Below the pieces are notes generated by a model, which made no database searches, had not been told where the DNA came from, and was given only the letters and a program-made list of their open reading frames with translations. A DNA stretch of 64,000 bases from an uncultured Cytophagaceae bacterium (lineage in GTDB: Bacteria; Bacteroidota; Bacteroidia; Cytophagales; Microscillaceae). Within the stretch, counting starts at the first letter, position 1, and every line of letters starts with the position of its first letter. The stretch spans positions 21,327-85,326 of the forward strand of contig CAZKBP010000003.1 in assembly GCA_964551015.1 (NCBI GenBank). The letters run 5' to 3'. The translations under genes were made by a program, and so were the position numbers. This document shows, piece after piece, positions 57,081-64,000 of the stretch.

Positions 57081-57683
57081 ATGAAAAATACAATCAGAAT
57101 TTATCTCATTCTCTGTTTTTGTTTATTGAGTTTTTCCCTCTTGGCTCAGTATCAAGATGTGAAATTAGTGAAAACCAAAGTGACTGAGAGCATCACGGCC
57201 TCTCTTCCCACTGACTTTGCCTTGATGTCTGATGAAATGTACGCGCGCAAGTATGGAGCTTATCGTCCTCCCATTGCTATTTACACAGACCCAGATGCCA
57301 ATGTGGATTTTGGGGTCAACCAAATGGCTGACCGCTCTCTGAGAGCTTTTGCGAGCTCTAACTGGAGCCCAGAAGATATGGAAATGATCAAGGGAATTTA
57401 CAAGGCTAGTATCGCGGGTATACACACGGAAGTTGATTTTGTCCAAGACAAGATTGAGGAGATTAATGGCCGCTCTTTTATTGTATTAGAATTTATAGGT
57501 ACGGTCAAAGATGAGGAAAAAACTTTCGCTTTAAATAACCGCCCTGTCAAGCAATACTCTTATCTGATGTATACCGTACAGGAAGGTGATATTCTCTTAT
57601 TTAATTTTAATTGCCCCGCGCTGCTCCAACCTCGCTGGCAGGCTACGGCCAATGAAATCATGCACTCCATTAAAATCAAATAA
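57081..57683 (+). CDS. Hypothetical secreted protein
   Basis: Signal peptide. 200 aa. Confidence 0.35.
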   Translation: MKNTIRIYLILCFCLLSFSLLAQYQDVKLVKTKVTESITASLPTDFALMSDEMYARKYGAYRPPIAIYTDPDANVDFGVNQMADRSLRAFASSNWSPEDMEMIKGIYKASIAGIHTEVDFVQDKIEEINGRSFIVLEFIGTVKDEEKTFALNNRPVKQYSYLMYTVQEGDILLFNFNCPALLQPRWQATANEIMHSIKIK

Positions 57684-57709
57684 TATTTTTTATCAAAACT
57701 GAAAGCCTG

Positions 57710-57952
57710 ATGCAAATTTCTGTGGAAATTAGTCTCTATCCCCTGAAGGAAGATTATGTAAGCACTATCCTAGATTTTATCGAGAAGCTTCATGAATACC
57801 CGAATCTTAAGGTAGAAACCAATGGGATGAGCACGCAGGTCTTTGGAGATTACGATGAAGTCATGCCTGCCCTTCATACTGAGATGAAAGAGGTGCACGA
57901 ACAGCATCAGGCGATTTTTGTGATGAAAGTGGGTAAAGGAACGCTTAAGTAG
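57710..57952 (+). CDS. MTH1187/YkoF-family (thiamine-binding-like) small protein
   Basis: MQISVEISLYPLKEDYVSTILDFIEKL... matches the N-terminal beta-alpha pattern of the MTH1187 family. Confidence 0.45.
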   Translation: MQISVEISLYPLKEDYVSTILDFIEKLHEYPNLKVETNGMSTQVFGDYDEVMPALHTEMKEVHEQHQAIFVMKVGKGTLK

Positions 57953-57968
57953 TCTCTATTCCAGACAA

Positions 57969-58433
57969 TTAGGCGAATTCACTAGCTATGTTGAGTTGTC
58001 TTCCTTCTTTTTTCACTTTTTGATCCGCCTGTTGCCCTACGAGCATACCAATGAGCAAACCAAAGGGAAGCCCTAACCCTATGAAGCCGTAATTGTCCAA
58101 TGTGGCTGAAATCGCCATACCGATGGGTAATCCCCAAATGGACAAGCCCAAAGATGTCCATAGACCTGTGTAATAATTTTTAGGAACCAGCCTCAGTTCT
58201 TTCCTAGCGAAGTTGAGTATTTTGGCATAAGCTCGTTTGACTTTTTTCAATAACTCCCGATCGGCTCCTCGGTGCATATTGACCTTTTCAATTTCTTGGC
58301 TCAAAGAGGAGGAACGCTCTGAATTTATTTCTTTTTTATTTAACTCTTCTATTAGCTTTTGTAGCTTTTGATAGGCGCGGACTAATTTTTTCTCATCTCC
58401 TAGATCTCTTCGTTCTTTGAGCGGTGTAATCAT
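57969..58433 (-). CDS. Hypothetical membrane protein with a glycine-zipper C-terminus
   Basis: Charged coiled-coil N-terminus. C-terminal GLSIWGLPIGMAISATL...GLGLPFGLLIGMLVG. Confidence 0.35.
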   Translation of the reverse strand: MITPLKERRDLGDEKKLVRAYQKLQKLIEELNKKEINSERSSSLSQEIEKVNMHRGADRELLKKVKRAYAKILNFARKELRLVPKNYYTGLWTSLGLSIWGLPIGMAISATLDNYGFIGLGLPFGLLIGMLVGQQADQKVKKEGRQLNIASEFA

Positions 58434-58543
58434 ACTTACTAATTCTAATTAGATTTTACTTTAAAGGATGAGTCGCCAGTTAGACTTGTAAATTACACTT
58501 TACACTTCTTTTGTCTCTTTTGAGGCAAAACCAAGTCATTTAT

Positions 58544-61249
58544 CTACTCTCTCAGCCACATTTTAAAACTGGCCGGGGCGAGTTCTACCCTAATTTCTTT
58601 TCCACCTTGGATTTGCATCAGCGTCTTTTGGTCTTTCACGCCTTTTTGATAGTCAATGCCTCGGTTATTAGCAATCAATGTCCAGTTGCCTTTGGGAAAA
58701 TTCACGGAGTCAAAAGTATTGGGTTGATCCTGCACGTTCATCAGCACGAGCACTTGTTCATCAATGATATATCCTAATTGGTGAGGATTTTCGGTTTCAA
58801 TCCATTGGTAGTAATCATCAGAAATGGACTCCGCGTTTCGGAAAACACTTCCGCTTTCACTTTTACGAAAATGAATCAGGCCCCGCCAAAACTGGTACAT
58901 ATCTCGGTAGTTATTCGTAGAGCCAGCGTCTTCGCGGGTTTTACCTACATTTTCCCAGACAAATTGGTTGGCCTTGCGCATGTTGTAAGTATCGCGCTTG
59001 CCGTGTAAGTAGACTTTTATACCCTCTTTGGTTTCTTTGACCACTTCTTTGAGTACAGCTGCTCCTTTACTGCGCATAATTTCTGTTCCTCCGTGCATCA
59101 CGAGGGGACCCTGAGAAGTAAATAAGAGCAGCGCGGCGATTTTAAAGCGGTCTTCTTCTACGCCCAAACGTCCGTCCCAATCTTTTTGGGCAAATTGATC
59201 AGCCAATGCCCAATTGTCGTGAATATCCAGGTAATTGATGCCACTGAGAGGGCTTTTCTCTTCGGGGAAATGATTAGCCAAACCAAGCTTGACCTTTGCT
59301 TTTTGGGAGGCATTGCCACCCGCGTAGCCTCGATCGGTTTTTTTATTTTTAGGATTAGAAACGGGTCCTTTGAAAGCATTCCGGGCATCATCTTGGAAAA
59401 AAGTAATGGGTGAATCTTCTTTGTACCAATCCCAATCAGGGTTGGCTTCGTAGCGAGGGTCATTAGAGCCAATCCAAGGCTCCCCGTAAATAATAATATC
59501 TTCCCCCAGTGCTTGGCGCAAAGCCTTGAGTGTTTGTTGATCGATTTGCCCGGCCAAGTCAATCCTAAAACCGTCAATCCCAAACTCTTCAATCCAGTGT
59601 TGGCATTGGTCAATGAGCCAGCGTTGTACCATGGGGCGATTTTCGGTCTTGACTTCATTGCCGTATTCGCCGATGTGTTCTAGGTTCTTGGTACGATAAT
59701 AATACTGCTTGTCCAGAGCATTAAAATGAAACAGTAACTGCTGCCCGTCCATATTTTCAGCCGTATGATTCGGGACAATATCGATGATGACCGCCATATC
59801 CTGATCGTGAAAAGCCTGTACCAAATCTCGAAACTGTTCTCTTTGTGCGCCGTGTTCGGTTCCTTTTTGACGGAAGCGTGTTTCTACCGCGAAACAGTGA
59901 GAAGTACGGTAGCCCCATTGGTAATTTTCTAGGTTAATACCATTTTCGGCCATATAAGGATCGTCTTGAAAGGAAGCCCGCCAGTCTTCATTCGGCCAAT
60001 GCAAAAATTCCTGCATAGGCATTAGATGAACGGTATTAATGCCTAAATCTACCAAATAATCAAAACCGACTTTTTCACCTTGCGTATTTTTCAGATTAGG
60101 TTTGATCATCGCGGGTATGGTTCCTTTCAAATCTTCGGAAACAGGTAGGCGATCCGTAAAGTCCTGCACGTGTACCTCATAAGCAATGACCTCTTCTAAG
60201 GGCGGGCGGCCATTTTTAAGCGGGGTGGCGGGGCGCGTACGTTCCCAAACCCGGCATTTACCCCAGCTATCAACGCTCACACGTGCGTAGGGATCAGAAA
60301 TATGCACAGGATTAGTTTCATAAAAATGATTCCCGGGGTCGTCGGCTCCGTGCACGGTAAAATCATAATAAATACCTTTTAGGTTTTGCGCTACGATGGC
60401 TTCCCAAACGCCCTGAGAATCTACCTGCATATCCATAGTTTGATAGGCTTCCTGATCTTCTGGATTACGATAAAGATAGAGTTTCATCCCTTCGGCGCGG
60501 GGTGCAAATACTCGGAAGCTAGTAGACTTTTGGTCTGCACTAATATTGGCACCCAAAGGCTTATCCGAGTAAGTTTCTCGGAACCAACCGTCAAAGGAGC
60601 AGACCGTTTTGAGATTTTCACTCGGAATTTCCAAATAATATACCCGGCGAAGGTCTAGCTCTTCGGCAGGAACAACCAAGGTAGCTACGGACGTATTAGG
60701 CAAAACTTCAGCAATGGGGATAACCTGACCCTGCGCATTGCTGAGACGATAAGCCGCCCGGTCAAGTGGTCTGTTGGTTCCTTTTACTTCTACCCAGAGG
60801 CTGCGGGGGCGACGTAGCTCGGCAAACAGGGTGGGAGGTTGCTTACCTTTCATAAACACCAAGTTGCCACCTTGTTCATTGGGAGCATCTGCGGGAGGAG
60901 CAAGCCATTCACCCTGATTAATTCTGAATTTGAATTCACTGCTAGGAGGGATGGTTTCTAAATTAACATTTTTGACCTTGAGTGCCCACAATTGCTGACT
61001 GATTGGGTGGAGTTGCCAGACTGGGTCGTCCATATCTTGGCTCCATTGACGGAAAGAACCCGTGAGCACTACTCGTTGGGGAGCGTCTATCTGATAAATG
61101 CTAGGGGAGAAAAGGAAATAGATCGTGTCTTCCTTGAGAGCGTAGCCCTGTTTGATGTCATTCGGGTGAAATGTCTGTGCCGTCACTTGATTAAGATTGA
61201 TCCATAATAAGCTGAAAAAGACGACCAAAAGTACTGAGAATTTTTTCAT
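58544..61249 (-). CDS. Secreted GH13-family pullulanase-type alpha-glucan debranching enzyme
   Basis: GH13 conserved regions: I AVIIDIVPNH, II GFRIDLAGQ (nucleophile Asp), III IIYGEPW (acid/base Glu in the pullulanase-type YGEPW), IV NYLDIHDN. Signal peptide. N-terminal roughly 350 aa are probably CBM/Ig-like. Confidence 0.8.
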   Translation of the reverse strand: MKKFSVLLVVFFSLLWINLNQVTAQTFHPNDIKQGYALKEDTIYFLFSPSIYQIDAPQRVVLTGSFRQWSQDMDDPVWQLHPISQQLWALKVKNVNLETIPPSSEFKFRINQGEWLAPPADAPNEQGGNLVFMKGKQPPTLFAELRRPRSLWVEVKGTNRPLDRAAYRLSNAQGQVIPIAEVLPNTSVATLVVPAEELDLRRVYYLEIPSENLKTVCSFDGWFRETYSDKPLGANISADQKSTSFRVFAPRAEGMKLYLYRNPEDQEAYQTMDMQVDSQGVWEAIVAQNLKGIYYDFTVHGADDPGNHFYETNPVHISDPYARVSVDSWGKCRVWERTRPATPLKNGRPPLEEVIAYEVHVQDFTDRLPVSEDLKGTIPAMIKPNLKNTQGEKVGFDYLVDLGINTVHLMPMQEFLHWPNEDWRASFQDDPYMAENGINLENYQWGYRTSHCFAVETRFRQKGTEHGAQREQFRDLVQAFHDQDMAVIIDIVPNHTAENMDGQQLLFHFNALDKQYYYRTKNLEHIGEYGNEVKTENRPMVQRWLIDQCQHWIEEFGIDGFRIDLAGQIDQQTLKALRQALGEDIIIYGEPWIGSNDPRYEANPDWDWYKEDSPITFFQDDARNAFKGPVSNPKNKKTDRGYAGGNASQKAKVKLGLANHFPEEKSPLSGINYLDIHDNWALADQFAQKDWDGRLGVEEDRFKIAALLLFTSQGPLVMHGGTEIMRSKGAAVLKEVVKETKEGIKVYLHGKRDTYNMRKANQFVWENVGKTREDAGSTNNYRDMYQFWRGLIHFRKSESGSVFRNAESISDDYYQWIETENPHQLGYIIDEQVLVLMNVQDQPNTFDSVNFPKGNWTLIANNRGIDYQKGVKDQKTLMQIQGGKEIRVELAPASFKMWLRE

Positions 61250-61346
61250 GAAAAAATATGATTATTGGCAAGACAAATATAAAGCTTTTTAAACTTTGGT
61301 CATCTTTGATAAAGAAAAGTTGGTGCTTGGTACTGTCACGGCCTTG

Positions 61347-64000
61347 CTACTTTTTGATGATTTTGTATTGGTAAGTCTGTTTTTGCGTTTGTAAGCGTAT
61401 GAAGTAAAGTCCTGAGCTCAGATTTTGCAAGCGACTCTCCAAGAATGCTTTAATTTCCTCGGCGTTTCCGTGCGTTTGTTGTTCGAGCTTGCCTTGCGGA
61501 TTCCAGATTTCTAAGAAAAGCGATTCACCTTTGTTCAGTTGGGAGGTAGTTTCAAGATACAGCACATCCGTGAAAGGATTAGGGTAAAATGAGAAAGGGG
61601 TTACGCCTCCCGCTTCTACATAATCTAGATGGCTGTAAGTGAATGATCCATTATGATCTATTTGTTTTAGGCGGTAATAAGCCGCCTCGGGAGCATTGCG
61701 ATCTAGGTAATGATAAGTCTGTAATTGATTGGTAGTCCCGGCTCCATCTACAAAGGCAATCGCCTCGAAGGTGATTCCGTCCGAGCTTTTCTGAATCTCA
61801 AAACCTTGATTGTTTAGTTCAGAGGCAGTTTGCCAGTCCAGTCTTACCATTCGCTCTTCCTCTCGCTTCGCTCGGAAAGAGATGAGACGAATAGGCAAGC
61901 TCACGTCTTCTTCAATTCTAAAGTTATCGATTTGCACGCCATCTAGGGCAAAACCCCTACTGCCAAAGACGAAACGGAAGCGCACATCTGCCTGACCGGC
62001 AAATTCACTAATATTATAGCGAGGTTGAACCACGGTATTGCTAGCTCCCGAGAAGCCGGGCTGATTGCGTAAGCCTAAAATACTCGCCTCATTGTACCAA
62101 TCATTCGTACCCGCTGGATTTTCGCCAGAGGCTTGCGTATGGCCAAGCAATTGCCAAGTATCTCCTTGATCAATAGAATATTCTAAATGAAAGCCAGCAT
62201 CCGTACCACATTGCGCGCGGTAGCTAAATTCTAAAGAAATACCCGTCAAGCTGGTTAAAGAAAAGGGGGGGCTTTCCAGAGCGTAACGCGTATTAAAGCC
62301 GTGATTTTCGTTCAGCCCAGTAATCCAATTCGCACTTCCTTCTACCGTGGCTGTGCCATTGCCCGGATTGTAAGTAAGGGTATTACTGGCTCCCCATTCC
62401 CAATCTTGAGGAGGTACACTTAGACTTGGAATGCCTGCTAACTCTACACGGTAGGGAAAAAAACCACCGTCATTGCTGTTAAAATCTTGGTCGTAAGGAA
62501 TCGTAGGTTCTTCTAGAATAGTAATATAAGCAGTTTTTGTTTCTACATCCATACCACTATTGATACTCAATTGTACCGTGTAATCTCCCGGAGTAGTGTA
62601 AATAAAGCTGGGGTTTTGATCCGTGGCATCTACACCCGGGTTGATATTTTGATCGAAATCCCATTCCCAAGCATTAGCTTGTAGCGATAAGTCTGTAAAC
62701 TCCACCGGACGGTTAACAAAACCCACGGTGCGTGCCTCGAATTGCGCCGTGGGCGTGGCAAAGACATCTGTCGTGAAAATACCTCTACCGTGTGTGGCCA
62801 CGGTCACAACTTTATCCGCCGCGCGGTATTGTAGCATATCGCAGCGCACTGAGGCTAAGCCCGCGTTGGAAGGAGCCCAATTAGGAATAGCATTGGTAGT
62901 ATGTCCAAAATTATTACTGGAATAAACTCCCAGCTCGGTGGCTAGTAATACTTCATCCCGATTATCAGGGTTGTACAAGCCCCAGCGGATGGGAATGTCA
63001 GGTAAATCACCTTCTTTGTTATTCCAAGTGCTTCCTCCATCCGAAGTCTCCCACACAGAATTAACACCATAGTTGAAGAAGGTCAGCAAAAGCTCATCAT
63101 CGCTAGCCCCTACGTCGATCGAGGAGATGCTACCGACGGGGATAGGGGTTGTATTTAGCTCGGTGGTCACAGGAGAAGCCGTATTCGCATCATCTACGCG
63201 CAAGACACGCCCATTACCAGTTCCGAGAAAAATCCTATGATTGGTATGAGGAGATGCCTTTAGTGCGGTGATGTTACTGGTAAAGATGCTATCAGGATTT
63301 ATATTTACGACCCCATCTGTATTACTCCCACCAATGTCTGAAATACGCGTGATGGAGTTGGTAGAGCCCAGATTCGCATACAAAATATTGGCTTGATCGT
63401 CGTATTCAGAGGGATTGATAAAAAGCCCTTGACTCTGATTGTTGAGAGGCCGAGTAAAGGTTTCTCCTCCATCATTAGAAACATTGTAGACATTGCGAAT
63501 AAAGGAAGTGATACGGATATCTGGATTATCTTGATCAATATGACAAAAAGCTCCGTCGCCTCCTGTGACTTCAAGTGTAGAGGTAACCAAGCCATTCTCA
63601 AACTGCTGACTGCCATTATCTTGTGCGCCCGCAATAAAAACACCTCCTGTTTCTATATTGGCGGCATCTACGGCGTAGAATTGAGTAATGTTTAAATGAT
63701 TAATCCGATCTTCAAACAGAGGCAGATCAGCACTGCCTAAATCATCGGCGTAGCTAATTCCTCCGTCACTCCCGATAATTCCTTCATCAGGATGGTCAGG
63801 TCGGAAGAGCACTTGGTGAGCGTCCGCGTGAACATAGGTGAAGCAATCACCTGTCCAGTAAGAGATAGGAGACCACGTTACCTGAGCTACGTCTGTGGTA
63901 TCTCCATTGGTGGTTTTGTGCAAGGAAATTCCTCCCAAAATCGCCACACTTGCATCATTGGGATGCACCGCCAAGATCAAATTATAGAAAGCCTGCCCTC
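61347..64000 (-). CDS. BNR/Asp-box repeat + PKD-domain secreted protein with T9SS C-terminal sorting domain (N-terminus beyond window end)
   Basis: Asp-box motifs (SNDGGETF, SDGGSTWN). PKD-like segment (WEWDFDQNINPGVDATDQNPSFIYTTPGDYTVQLSI). C-terminal FYPNPFTDVLYLE...YFIRL T9SS C-terminal domain. The reading frame is open to the window edge. Confidence 0.65.
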   Translation of the reverse strand, partial: GQAFYNLILAVHPNDASVAILGGISLHKTTNGDTTDVAQVTWSPISYWTGDCFTYVHADAHQVLFRPDHPDEGIIGSDGGISYADDLGSADLPLFEDRINHLNITQFYAVDAANIETGGVFIAGAQDNGSQQFENGLVTSTLEVTGGDGAFCHIDQDNPDIRITSFIRNVYNVSNDGGETFTRPLNNQSQGLFINPSEYDDQANILYANLGSTNSITRISDIGGSNTDGVVNINPDSIFTSNITALKASPHTNHRIFLGTGNGRVLRVDDANTASPVTTELNTTPIPVGSISSIDVGASDDELLLTFFNYGVNSVWETSDGGSTWNNKEGDLPDIPIRWGLYNPDNRDEVLLATELGVYSSNNFGHTTNAIPNWAPSNAGLASVRCDMLQYRAADKVVTVATHGRGIFTTDVFATPTAQFEARTVGFVNRPVEFTDLSLQANAWEWDFDQNINPGVDATDQNPSFIYTTPGDYTVQLSINSGMDVETKTAYITILEEPTIPYDQDFNSNDGGFFPYRVELAGIPSLSVPPQDWEWGASNTLTYNPGNGTATVEGSANWITGLNENHGFNTRYALESPPFSLTSLTGISLEFSYRAQCGTDAGFHLEYSIDQGDTWQLLGHTQASGENPAGTNDWYNEASILGLRNQPGFSGASNTVVQPRYNISEFAGQADVRFRFVFGSRGFALDGVQIDNFRIEEDVSLPIRLISFRAKREEERMVRLDWQTASELNNQGFEIQKSSDGITFEAIAFVDGAGTTNQLQTYHYLDRNAPEAAYYRLKQIDHNGSFTYSHLDYVEAGGVTPFSFYPNPFTDVLYLETTSQLNKGESLFLEIWNPQGKLEQQTHGNAEEIKAFLESRLQNLSSGLYFIRLQTQKQTYQYKIIKK

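Noticed and set aside
1-64000. Search for tRNA, rRNA, tmRNA, RNase P RNA, SRP RNA, CRISPR repeats, transposases or integrases.
   Set aside because: Non-coding stretches do not contain cloverleaf-compatible sequences with T-loop GTTCRANYC motifs. No 16S/23S-like segments are present. No regularly spaced direct repeats are present. No ORF shows DDE/tyrosine-recombinase motifs. I therefore report none.

Overview
The window is 64 kb of a roughly 45% GC bacterial chromosome that is almost certainly Bacteroidetes. At least five secreted proteins carry type IX secretion (T9SS) C-terminal sorting domains, one of them the type-B form ('gliding-motility' C-terminal domain), and that gene is followed by a PorP/SprF gene. 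Coding density is about 88%. I found no rRNA, tRNA, CRISPR array, transposase or integrase.

Layout, left to right:
- 1-8.8 kb: an aa3-type cytochrome c oxidase cluster, coxB (5' truncated)-coxA-ctaA-ctaB-coxC-coxC'-coxD, then SCO1, a DUF420/CtaM-like gene, two small Cys-motif membrane proteins and a c-type cytochrome.
- 8.8-20.5 kb: three large T9SS cargo genes. Two are tandem, on the minus strand, and share a repeated N-terminal domain. The third (+) is a 1340-aa FG-GAP/VCBS protein with a type-B sorting domain, followed by PorP/SprF.
- 20.6-23.2 kb: a histidine kinase (HWE/HisKA_2 type) and a LytTR response regulator.
- 23-49 kb: housekeeping and accessory genes. These include a flavin reductase, an NlpC/P60 peptidase, ppk1, a sterol-desaturase-family protein, an EamA transporter, a Sel1 repeat protein, a GNAT acetyltransferase, a bestrophin-like channel, a GAF-PAS protein, a beta-propeller (Y_Y_Y)-PP2C phosphatase, an MltD-like lytic transglycosylase, grpE-dnaJ and pyrB.
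- 49.5-53.9 kb: the most unusual locus. A CI/LexA-like HTH-S24 autocleavable repressor sits behind a 620-bp AT-rich leader that carries two perfect palindromes. It converges on a three-gene minus-strand operon: a membrane fatty-acid-hydroxylase/sterol-desaturase-family enzyme, a putative glutamine-synthetase-fold amidoligase and a C26 gamma-glutamyl thiol peptidase.
- 54-64 kb: an RraA-like protein, a beta-lactamase-family hydrolase, small hypotheticals, a GH13 pullulanase-type enzyme and a partial BNR/PKD T9SS cargo gene.

All calls rest on motifs I could read in the translated ORFs. I could not run homology searches, so family assignments are hypotheses.
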